Source: Antedon mediterranea (taxonomy: Eukaryota > Animalia > Echinodermata). Taken from it: a DNA stretch of 64,000 nt. Positions 11,893 to 27,215 of the stretch are shown here, one piece after another. Location of the stretch: contig NC_092677.1 of assembly GCF_964355755.1 (NCBI RefSeq), positions 27,453,175 through 27,517,174 on the forward strand. Reading direction: 5' to 3'. A program made the translations under genes and the position numbers. The notes under the pieces are model-generated. The model did not search any database, was not told where the DNA came from, and saw only the letters and a program-made list of their open reading frames with translations. The first letter of the stretch is position 1. Every line of letters starts with the position of its first letter.

Positions 11893-11964
11893 CACCTCCG
11901 ACGGGACTAGAACCCGCAATCCCCGGCTTAGGAGACCGATGCCTTATCCATTAGGCACGGAGGC
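11893..11964 (-). pseudogene. tRNA-Arg(CCT), copy 3, probable pseudogene
   Basis: One-base deletion in the A-box region, TTCGAG changed to TTCTAG in the T-loop/B box, and a C-to-T change in the anticodon stem. Confidence 0.7.
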
Positions 11965-12680
11965 AATTTGTACATAGACCTAATTATTAAATCGCTTCTC
12001 ACTGAAGAAATATTTCTTTGAAAACTTGTAGACAAGCTCTGTTTTTGGTCTACGGGTTTCGTTCACACGTGTAGGCATGAGGCCTAATCAACCTCTTAAT
12101 TTGACAGAATAAATTATAAAAAAAACTGTTATTGCCAAAAATCACACAATGACTCTGTTAAAAAATAAGAGATCAACAACAGAGAAAATTACCGTGTATA
12201 ATAGGCCTACCTACATGTTAATTTGGTAAATATTTAATATACGTAACATATTAATAATTGAATTTGCCGGTGTTTGAGTCTCTCACCAGAAATCCGTATT
12301 CTTGTTCTGAAGTAGGCCTAATATTACTATTAGGCAATCACACGTAACCCAGCCCCTGCCTATATATAGACCATGGAGTTATATAACTCTATGTACATAG
12401 ATAGATATATGTAAAGACTAAGTTGACTATGTTTGCACTGAGTATGATGTAGGCATAGATTACTATTATAAGTCTATGGTGGTCCATATTAGGCCACTAC
12501 TAGAATAAAATGAGTAGGTTGGAGTGTAGAGGTAGTAGCTTAGAACATGGATCAGGCGTCTAGTGAAATATTATTTTTAAGAAATAATTATTTTGGGGTA
12601 TAATAATAATAATTATCTCGAAAATTATTTTTCTTTCAACTTTATGTCCCTTTACGGCTTCCGTAAAAACAGGATTCTGT

Positions 12681-12711
12681 GGTCATGTGAGCAATAGTAT
12701 TGTCACGTGAT
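12681..12711. promoter_or_regulatory. Two CLEAR/M-box-like E-boxes (GTCATGTGAG and GTCACGTGAT) in the TMEM55 proximal promoter
   Basis: Near-consensus GTCACGTGAC sites 45-75 bp upstream of the ATG of a lysosomal gene. Confidence 0.6.
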
Positions 12712-12754
12712 TATCATCATCGTCACTCGAATTTGTTTGATTTATTTTCATTCC

Positions 12755-15554
12755 ATGATGGCGGACGATCGTGTATCAGAGAACGAACCCCTATTGGGAA
12801 GTACAAATAACGAAATATATGATGATGGCCCTCATCCACCAATTTCTGAACCAACTGCACCAATTTTACCAAATGAGGCTCCACCAGGTATAATGAAACT
12901 TGGCATAACTTGTTGATTTAGGCCAACAATATGTGTTTGAACTCCGATGTGTGTCCAGCCAGTTGGCACGGACGGTACGGATAGGCTAGCTAGCTAGGAT
13001 GAGTTGATTTATTTGAGGATTGTTATTGTTCTTTAGTAGCAGCCTACCTAGGCTAGGCCTGTCTACCGAATACCTGTCTACCTAGGTATTCGACGGTCAA
13101 ACTAAATATGATGACTGTTGTACCTTCTATATCTACGTTTTTAATGTCATTATTTTAAACATAATCATGATTTGATTGATATGAAAGGGATGGTTAATTA
13201 ATTATTAATTTGGTGGCTAAAAACTCTTTATACTCTTTATAAATACTACTACAGTACTAGTAAATACTTAGTCTAAAAGTAGTATAAGAAAGGTGGTGGT
13301 GGTGGTAACCAGTTTCAGTGATTGACGTACGTTAGACAAGTAGATAGAGAGAGGAGCCTGTCTGAATACTACTAGCTAATACTACTACTAAAACCATTAC
13401 ATTATTATATTCTAATTATTAATACATAATTTGTAAGGCACACTCTATGAATAGTTGCAGTAGTAAACAAAGACATTGTATTCATATACCAGAAGATGAC
13501 CTCATGTTATGAATACTAAAAATAAAAATGTATTTCTTTCAATTTAGAACTGTTTTTCCCCTAATTTAGTAAATTTCCTTCATATGGATATTTTTCCATA
13601 GTTTTCTAATATTTTGTTTTAGAAAACACAACAAAAAACAATATACGATATAAAATTAAACATAAATAAATATTAAATACAAAACTGTTCTTGTATTATT
13701 TATACAGTATATTGAAAATGTTGCCTACAGAACTGTAAAACACAATTAATAACCAAATTTTGTTTTGTTTTTTCAGAATACATAGCTTCACCCCATGGAC
13801 CACCACCACCAGTGTTACCTGGGGAATCCCCTCCCCCCTACTCACCCCCCACGATGGTTGGCGTCACCCCCATGATAAACTGTCGGGTATGTCAGGCTAT
13901 GATCAACCTGGAGGGTAAACTACATCAACATGTAGTTAAATGCAGTGCCTGCAATGAGGCTACTGTAAGTACTAAAAACATAGTTTTCATTAATTTTTTG
14001 CCTCCCAAACTAGATTGACAAAAAAAGTGTGATGTGATTTTGACTAAATATAATGATAGTGATTTGCCCAAATATGGTAGTGATATGACATCATGTCCAT
14101 ATATGAGCACTCGCATCACATTGACTTATAAAGTTTGATAGTGTAGACAGAGCTTAAGGTAATGAAGCTGTATCTAAATAAATAGTACACACCTTTTAAC
14201 TAGCAAAACTCCAGAGTGTTTACACTCCAAGACGTCAACAAACCAGCGCTTTGTTTGGAATGCACCCCCAGTGTGTAAACTCCTGATACCACGCCACATT
14301 GCAATGCGCCCCCAGTGTGTAAACTCCTGATACCACGCCACATTGCAATGCGCCCCCAGTGTGTAAACTCCTGATACCACGCCACATTGCAATGCGCCCC
14401 CAGTGTGTAAACTCCTGATACCACGCCACATTGCAATGCGCCCCCAGTGTGTAAACTCCTGATACCACGCCACATTGCAATGCACCCCCAGTGTGTAAAC
14501 TCCTGATGCCACATTGCAATGCGCCCTCAGTGTGTAAACTCCTGATACCACGCCACATTGCAATGCGCCCCCAGTGTGTAAACTCCTGATACCACGCCAC
14601 ATTGCAATGCGCCCCCAGTGTGTAAACTCCCGATACCACGCCACATTGCAATGCGCCCCCAGTGTGTAAACTCCTGATACCACGCCACATTGCAATGCGC
14701 CCCCAGTGTGTAAACTCCTGATACCACGCCACAATTGCAAATGGTATACTGTATACACCACAATATAATTGAAAAGTAAAAACAAAATTAAAAGTGGATG
14801 AAAAATAGCAAAAATATATATATATTTCTACAATACAACAACATTACAGATTAAAGTAAACATACAGTATTAGATGATAGTTAGTAGTAATAAATTACTA
14901 TTCATTCATACAGTAGTAAACCCTTAAGTTATAAAATCACTAATATTTTTATTTTCATGTCATTCTGTTTGAATAGAACTTTCTACTTGAATGAAAGTCA
15001 TTCTTTAGAACTAATTGTATAAATCGTCTTGTCATAATCGTCACAAAAGGTTTAAAAAGAAATGTCAACCCACCCATACTGCATGGCAGCACATGCCAAA
15101 CAGTCTTTTTCATGCAGTGTTTGGGAATATCCTCTATTAAAAAATTATATAATTTTTTTTGTAGCCTATAAAAGAAGCGCCGGCTGGTAAGAAATATGTA
15201 AGATGCCCATGTAACTGCCTATTGATATGCAAGGCTTCATCTAAGCGCATTGCATGCCCAAGGGCCAACTGGTAAGTTCCAACTATAACATGTTTTTTTT
15301 TTTAAATCGGATTCAGATTTATTTGGTCCTTGCGGAAATTCATGACATGAATGAACATAACATTACAATAACATACAACATATATATAAGTAAAATAAAT
15401 ATAAACAAGTAAAGAGTTGTAAGATACACTATACAAAATAAACTACAAGGTGATTTAACAGTATATGTCATTGAAAGCACGGATGGAAAAAAGGACGAAT
15501 GAATTTAGATATCTGTTAGTTCTACATTATATATATATATATATATATACAGCT

Positions 15555-15592
<38 letters not shown>

Positions 15593-18396
15593 AGCTGTAC
15601 TGCTGTAGTACAGCTGTTAGAGCTACCCTCATTACACAAAGTTAAATAAATGAATGAGTATTTTGATATGTTGTTTCTGCCAAAAATGTAGTGATATATG
15701 CCAAAATGGATGTCTAAAATACACATTACTTTTTTATTGACCATTGAAAATTCCCTTCAGACCCCTCATTTTTATAGTGTACTTTGGTGGAGACATACTG
15801 TACCTTTTATGCTAGATCAAAATTGGACCTTGCTCTCTACAATGAAATGGAGTCATAGTTTTGTTTTCATAGTAATTGAAAATTATCTAGTAAATCAAAT
15901 AAATGTACAGTAGTCATCCGACTACTGCATAAAAGTGAATCTTTTATTTGTCAATGTAAAAACGCTATATAAAACATATGAAATTAGTTTTCCCAGAGAT
16001 AAATATTACACAAATAAAATTTGTGTTAATAAATTAAAATACAGATTACATTCTAAACCTTTGATTTGGTAGTTGTATTGCACTTGTCACTTTTTAGTAA
16101 TATACAACTGGAATACATGTCATATCTCTGCCACACTAGTTAATTAACATATGACCCTTTGCAACTTAAAAGATGAATTTACATGATATAGGAAGGTTAT
16201 ATCTAATTAGCTACTATAAAGATATATTTTAGAGATAAGATATTATTTATTATAACTTAATTTCTGTAACAATTCGTAGTACTTCTTAAAGCTGTAGGAG
16301 GGATGTAACCACCAAATACCCTAGTTGTATTTTTTTTTTTATTTCATACTCTACTACTTAATTAACATATGACCCTTTGCAACTTAAAAGATGAATTTAC
16401 ATGATATAGGTTATATCTAATTAGCTACTATAATTCATAGTACTTCTTAAAGCTGTAGGAGGGATGTAACCACCAAATACCCTAGTTGTATAATAATGAT
16501 AGCGCATATAAGCAAGCTCTCAATGCCCTGTACATAAATTAACATAGATGAGAAGTGGCAATAATTAATAGTTGTATAATGTGATATTCAATCTTTATTT
16601 TTCTTGCATAACATTCTGGTTTTCCCGAGAACAAGGAAGGAAAGAGAAATCAAACCAGCCAAAGGAAGGGGAAAAAAAACAAAAAACCACAAAGTAGTTG
16701 GTGGTGATAATATCCTATGTACAACAGCTTCCTTTGTAATGTATTGTTTTTACTTTCACAGTAAAAGAATAATAAACCTTTCACCCATGAGCGTGCCGAC
16801 ATCTATCACACACTATACGACTGCAAACAGAGTGGTTTGTGGACATTGCAATGAAACTTTCAGGGTAGGTGCTGCTATATTGAACTGCTATTCATTAGTC
16901 CTATCTGACTGGTCTGTTTTTAGGAGATCCAACTCTTCGACCATTGCAAGTAGATCGTTTTTTAGGAGTTTGGGGAGCTCATAAGCAACCAGTAGAATAC
17001 ACCTATTCATTTACATTTTTATTTTAAATCCATATTTTAGTTTAAAATGGGTTATATAAATCCATACTTATTATTATTTATTATTAATTTTGTACTAAAT
17101 GAAATAGCAATACTCTCTCTCTCAAAAACTAAATTATTACTGTTTGAGAAAAGATAATCTATTCTAAAACAAAACCAATGCGATCCTAATCATTTCCAGG
17201 AAGAACTGGTAAGTGCGTTATGGCTATCTTATCAGGTGTTTTTCAGTTGCTATTAAATGAATTCTCTTCTATCTCATTTTCATCAAACTTATTTTTGCCC
17301 ATTTAAAAAAAAAAATCCTGTACTATTTCTAGTGTGTGATAGTTTTAACGTACAAATAATTGTTTTTTTGTTATTTCAGTTTCCACATACTTCAGCACTG
17401 GCAAGATGTCCACACTGTAGACGAGTGTAAGTCTTGTTTGCATAAAATCATAGTTACACAATACAGTTACATCACTCAAGCATAACAAATTGTATCAACT
17501 GTTACATTTGGAATAATCCGCATTGAGCTAATAAGATCTCAACAAATCTGTCATACAAGTCAAGTCTGAAAAGAGCTACTAATTCTAAAAAATAAGAAGC
17601 TTACCTGGGATTTTCCAAATAGAACCACCCCGTAGACCCCCTGCCCCATCCCCCTATGAAGCTATGTGAAGACACTTTATCTCGCAAATTTAAATGTCTT
17701 CGGAAAACAATAGGAAACTGGTATAAGCCACTCTTAAGTGAGAGTAATGTCATCATGCCTGAATTCTGTATATTTTGTTTTTAGATCTTCTGTTGGTTTC
17801 CAGTATGCTAAGAATCGATGCATTATCTACACTGTTCTTGGCCTTATTTTTCTTGGAGTTGGTATCGGAGTCACAGTAAGTACATTCATGTAAATTCAGT
17901 GTTTACAAAATGTTTACACTTAACCAATTAATTTCCAATATGAGGTGCAATATATGATTTAACTATGGCCAACCCCTATCCAATGGACATCCCTTATAAA
18001 AGGGCATTTTGTTATGTCCAGGTGTTCCCTTACTATGTGTTCTAATGTATCCCATGTTCAATGTTCTTTCATTAATTAATTAACTTAACTAATTAAATAA
18101 TATATTAATTTAAATGTTATAATGTTTGTTTATAGGTTGGAACTTACACAATGGCTGAGGAGTCGGGTGGTATATACTTTTTGTGGATTGGTGAGTTTTC
18201 TCAAATCACTATTTTGTTTTCAACCAATTCTCCAGGGACTTTCCCTCTAAATGTAGGCATGGACTTGTTTATCTTTGTATTCTTACCAACATTAACCAAA
18301 TCATTTAAACTCTTTTTAGGAGCCTTTGTGATAGGAATTTTGAATTTGATCAGAGCGCTGTATTATGGAACAATGAAGGTCAGCTATATAGAATAA
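12755..18396 (+). CDS. PIP4P1: PtdIns(4,5)P2 4-phosphatase, TMEM55/PIP4P family, ~266 aa, 8 exons (12755-12887, 13777-13964, 15165-15271, 16762-16864, 17380-17426, 17785-17875, 18136-18190, 18320-18396)
   Basis: Dileucine motif [58 protein letters not shown] (CX5R), ARCPHCR, and two C-terminal TM helices. It may be co-orthologous to PIP4P1 and PIP4P2. Confidence 0.95.
14258..14732. repeat. 44-bp minisatellite, ~10.5 copies, in a TMEM55 intron
   Basis: Unit CCCCAGTGTGTAAACTCCTGATACCACGCCACATTGCAATGCGC repeated head-to-tail with no spacers. Confidence 0.95.
15308..15527 (-). mobile_element. LINE 3' end relic (Rex1/L2-like)
   Basis: Minus strand reads [17 protein letters not shown], a typical RT ORF terminus, followed by a UTR and AATAAA. 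Confidence 0.55.
16140..16490. repeat. Local imperfect tandem duplication in a TMEM55 intron
   Basis: The block TTAATTAACATATGACCCTTTGCAAC...CCACCAAATACCCTAGTTGTAT occurs at ~16140-16330 and again, with an internal deletion, at ~16358-16490. Confidence 0.85.
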
Positions 18397-19113
18397 GTGC
18401 AGGTTTGAGTATAACTCTGCTATTGAGTATAACTCTACAACAATTGAGTCAACATCGTTAAATGTGTGACAAATTTAATGAATATATTGGTTTGGAGTCA
18501 ATTTTGCAAGTTTTCAAAAAACGTGATAAATTGACTGAAATCAAAATATTTTTATCTTATTATTTATAATAGATTAATAAGATATTAAATTGGAATTTAA
18601 ACTCAATCAGAGAGTTAAGATTAAGTATAAGGGACTCAATGATTCCAGGTGGTGATTCCAGGTGGTATTGAGTCTCTTGTACCATAAGTATTAATCTTTA
18701 TCTTTATTCAAAAAGCTTAATAAAATAATGTTAAATGATTGAGCCTGAACATTGAGTTGAGCATAAATAAGTTAAGTTTAACTCAGTGAATATTATACTG
18801 AAATCAAGATTAAATGTTTTAAACATCCTATATGAAATACAGAATATTAGCAACCTTTATATAAACCCATGTAATTCCAAGGATACACATTTTTGTTATA
18901 TAATATAAACTAATGTATTTTTATTGTTGTTTTTGGCTAAAAATTATGTAGAACAATCTTTATGATTGCAAAGACGATAATGTATGTACTATAATTTTAT
19001 TATTACATAGTTGTAATTTTCTTTTGTTTGATTAAATTGTCAGAAATATATAATAATATTATATGTGGTATTAATACTTCTGACACTTATACCCTAAAAG
19101 AAGAATAATCTTA

Positions 19114-19230
19114 AGCTCTGTGTACACTCTCAAACTTTATGTGACAAAAAAATGTGATGATGTCATCACTACCATATTTGGGCGCATCACATTTTTTTTT
19201 TCAAACTAGTTTGATAGTGTAGACAGAGCT
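19114..19230. mobile_element. MITE family B (TIR AGCTCTGTCTACACTATCAAACT), PIF/Harbinger (Tourist)-like; other copies near 2674-2775, 5882-6011, 14005-14153, 20357-20480, 22547-22627, 39287-39423, 41966-42078, 52030-52238, 55173-55270, 57652-57745
   Basis: TIRs with TTA on both sides of this copy. The shared core GTGATGTGCCCAAATATGGTAGTGAT is present in variable copy number. Confidence 0.85.
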
Positions 19231-19849
19231 TTAGATGTTCAGCCTTATTACAGGTCTAATGTTTTTTTTTAACCAATCCGTGTCGCTTATTTCTCCATAT
19301 ATTTTTATATATATATATACACTGATATCAACATTGATCAAGATGTAAATAGTATTTGTATACTTAAGTCAATTATTGGTCTATCTATATATGAACTATC
19401 TATTGAGCTTATTGTAACTAAACATGATAAAATAACATAAAAATATAACCTCCTTGGCGGAGGTAACTAAAGATTCTCTTATTGCTGTAACGCTCTCAAT
19501 ATATTGATATTTACCTTTATTATACTAGATTAAAAATGAGTATAAAACCCAATTGCAAAAATCACACACAAAATTAATTCAACTGAAGATAACACCTCCC
19601 AACTCCTCCCCTTTTTACCCGGTTTCACTGTGGGTTTGTGATTCTTAAATGTAATCATTCGATCTATCTTCTGTATGAATGTTCACAATACAATTACTTT
19701 GTACATATATTTTCTAAAATAAATGTAGTATTTTTAATAATTTATATTGGTTGGCCAAATATATTCAAAAAGCTTAATAAAATAATAGCATGTTTTATCA
19801 AGGAAAGTTCAAAATGTATACCATGGTTTATCATTAATCTATGGGATTA

Positions 19850-20010
19850 CAGTCAACTCTCCCAATATTGGACACCTTTGGGCTAGCCAAGTATGGTTGT
19901 CCGGAAAATCTGGTATTTGGAATGTGTTTTTAATAGAAAAAAAAGATGAAAAGTCAGGTATTGGGAGAGTTTCTGGTTTTCAGAGAGTCCGGTATTGGGA
20001 GAGTTGACTG
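19850..20010. mobile_element. Tc1/mariner-pogo type MITE; related degenerate copy at ~25685-25857
   Basis: TIRs CAGTCAACTCTCCCAATA / TATTGGGAGAGTTGACTG flanked by TA on both sides. Confidence 0.8.
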
Positions 20011-20705
20011 TACTATGATTATTTGTTGCCCTCTATGTATAATAACTTGAGGACGACTTAAAATGAAAAGAATCATTAGGAATAGGAGAAAGTATATACT
20101 ATCCTTTAACTATTAAAACAATATTGTATTAAGCATCATGTAAATAAAACTGACAATCAAGTTACGGATATTTGCAAACAAATAAAACTTATGTAAATAT
20201 GAATAATATAGTCTGTTATGTGGTGAATGTAATATGTTGCTAAATAATAAATAAGCTTTATTTCACATTGTACTGATTTCTGAGAAACGGATACAGATGA
20301 TATAACATTAAATCCTTTCAACTTTATGTAGAATATGGGATATCAATTCAACCTAAAGCTCTGTCTACACTATCAAACTAGTTTGACAAAAAAATGAGAT
20401 GTGCCCAAATATGGTAGTGATATGACATCATCATGTCCATATATGGGCACATTACATTTTTTCTGTCACATTAGACAGCTTTTTAGATCCTTTATTTTAC
20501 CAATGTATCAAATGTGCTGTTTTTCAACTGTAGTTAATAATTTTGCTAACATACAAAGCCTCTACTACCTCTTTTTTCTGAATGTAACCTGGTAACCACT
20601 TTAAATACACAATGAAAAGAAAGGCTGATAGAACCATGGAAGTATGATGTAACTAATGATTTGTGTACAGCATAGGTTTTTGTAAATTACCATCAACAAA
20701 CTGAA

Positions 20706-20840
20706 ACTGGCCATACAGAAATTAGATTTTGTTAACTGGCCATACAGAAATTAGATTTTGTTAACTGGCCACACAGAAATTAGATTTTGTTAACTGGCCA
20801 CACAGAAATTAGATTTTGTTAACTGGCCATACAGAAATTT
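20706..20840. repeat. 29-bp tandem repeat, ~4.5 copies
   Basis: Unit AACTGGCCAYACAGAAATTAGATTTTGTT. Confidence 0.9.
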
Positions 20841-21334
20841 AAAAAAGCTTTGTACATTGCATACATTTGATATTAATGCATTTGAGTATTGAACTATTGT
20901 GTACTTTGGGGTTCATATTTCATTTATAATTTAATCTTATTGTTTATTCATTTAATCTTGAGAGATATTGATGTGCCATACAACATGTTGTTTATTCTTG
21001 CAAGCTGTGAGCTCATTTTATTCTCTTCCCTCTAATATATATACTATTTTCAGTTGTAATCAATGGGTGTGTATTATTCAAACATTATTCAGAACTTTGT
21101 GTTTTTTTTTCTTTTTATTGGTAAATATATTTACTTATTTTTTGTTTTTAACCTTGATGTAAAATAATGATAAATAAAATAAACATTTATGATAAAAACA
21201 TTTTGTGTCCATTTGTATCACTTGTATTGTTCAAGGTCTGGTCAAACCACTATCCACCCATTGTTGTTAGCCCAATTACAAGGGCTAAAAATGAACCAAA
21301 ACCTCTACTCTTATCTGAAAAATGCACATAAGCT

Positions 21335-21485
21335 TGATGGGTACACTGGACCTCCACAATTTTAAGACTTTATCCGAGAAGACTTGTTTTACCACCAGAA
21401 CTATGGTTAAGGAGAGATTTAAACCAATAGTATGGCTACAGCAGCCAGTGGCGTAACAGCTATGACCGCTTACTGACTAAACCCA
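21335..21485 (-). mobile_element. Degenerate SINE relic, possibly with a Deu-type central domain
   Basis: GGACCTCCACAATTTTAAGACTTTATCCGAGAAGAC resembles the antisense DeuSINE-type core as I recall it, followed by a decayed tRNA-like head. Confidence 0.4.
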
Positions 21486-22355
21486 GGGCTTAAAGGGCCC
21501 AGAGCATGAGCAGTCGCAAAGCAGCTACCCAGCGTTGGAAGGCCTCTTAGGAGTGCTAAACCAGAGGCCTTTTCCCTCTGCGTTATGCCACTAGGCTTCA
21601 GTGGCTGGTGAACTCCAATTCAAATTAAGGGGACAAAAGAAAAGGGAATGCATTAAAAAACACACTAATCAATCAGTTCAGTTGCTATATTTATTATGTG
21701 ATAAAGTAACATACATTGTTCTTTCCATTACATTGGTTTTTAAATAACCTAAATAAAAATCATTTTTAGATAAAAATATTGCTACTTCATAGTCATTCAT
21801 TTATTATTCTGTCCGCTATGCTCCTAACCCAATACCAATTTATAATTTTAAACCAAACACCCAAATATTCTATTATATATGAAAGTGATTTAAACAAAAA
21901 TTAACAACGTTGGTAATAAAGTTAAATGCCTATTTTAACTTTAAATTTATCTAACTAGAAAAAATATATACTATTCATTAAACTCTATTTAAATGAAAAG
22001 ACAGAGGAATACAAAACTACTCACATACAAAATAATTCAGAGGTTTTTTTTCTCTTTCATATATACCGTTATATTCTGATCATAAGTTATTGCAAATATT
22101 TAATGTTACACATGAAACATATTGTAATGTATCAGACATCTCACTGTGTCAATCTGATCAGGAGTGAAAACCAACCATTTCTTTAAAGGTATTTTTAGGA
22201 TATGGAATGTTACAAAACATTTGAAATCATTTTTGTGTCATTTCATCAATTGTCTAAACTATTTCTAACAAATGTATTACATCACATCAACCATGTTATC
22301 ACTGTGTATCAAATAATGCTGTTTATTGTGCTGGTTGCTATAGCGATGATTTAAG

Positions 22356-26382
<4,027 letters not shown>

Positions 26383-26735
26383 GGTGGTGAAAGCAAATTT
26401 CTTCAAAACTGTGCAACAAATTAGGAAGTTCTGCACCAAAACAAACTGTACTTCCCCCTCTGTGAAAAAGGTGACCTTAGATGAACTTTCAGCTGTTGAT
26501 CTTTCCATATTTGGAAGTGTGCGTACGTAAACACTTCCGGGTCACACAGTATTATTTTTCATATCGCGAAGACCACCGCGCCGTGTGTGTGTGTTCCCCG
26601 CGAACTGAAAGTTTTAGGAGAAAGTGCCGTCGAGCTGGTCTTTTTGCAAGTAATTTGATGATAATTATCCAAAATCTTCCTGCAATTTCTCCAGACATGT
26701 AGCAAGCATAGTCTATTAAACAGCTCTGCTGCAAG
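26383..26735. promoter_or_regulatory. Bidirectional promoter region of GPI and GARRE1, including a probable non-coding first exon of GARRE1 (donor at 26736)
   Basis: CpG-enriched; ETS-type ACTTCCGG at ~26533; AAG|GTAAGT donor that can splice to the acceptor at 27199, just before the GARRE1 ATG. Confidence 0.6.
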
Positions 26736-27215
26736 GTAAGTAAATCAAGGCCTCTTTGGTTAGCAATTTCATAGCGCGACAATGATGAAAAATATCGTGG
26801 TAGGCCTAGAGCTGCTAGATAGGCCACAGTGTAGTAGTAGTAGTGGCCTATCCTAGCATCGAAAGGAGGCCTTCATCGTGGTTTCTGTAACATTGATGGA
26901 CGAGAAGCCTTGGCCTAGGCTAACTAACTAAACTAACCACACTTGATGATGAAAACATGAAATGTTGACATAATAAAAACAGTTAACATTTTGAAGATAT
27001 ATTACATATTATTGGATTGCGTAAAAACCTATCTAAAAATTATAGATCATTTTAATAAATAATAATAAACTATTTTTATTTTAATAGGGTCTAATTGATA
27101 TTGATTACTTGATTGATTATGCCGCAATAAAAAACATCATCAGTGTTTTACCTTGTTTAATTTTGTGTTACAACGATGAATGTTATTTTATTTTTGCAGA
27201 GTGCGTGATTGAACG

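Noticed and set aside
14174-14785. Overlapping 78-203 aa minus-strand ORFs and a CRISPR-like look
   Set aside because: They come from a 44-bp tandem repeat with no unique spacers, inside a eukaryotic intron, with no cas genes nearby.
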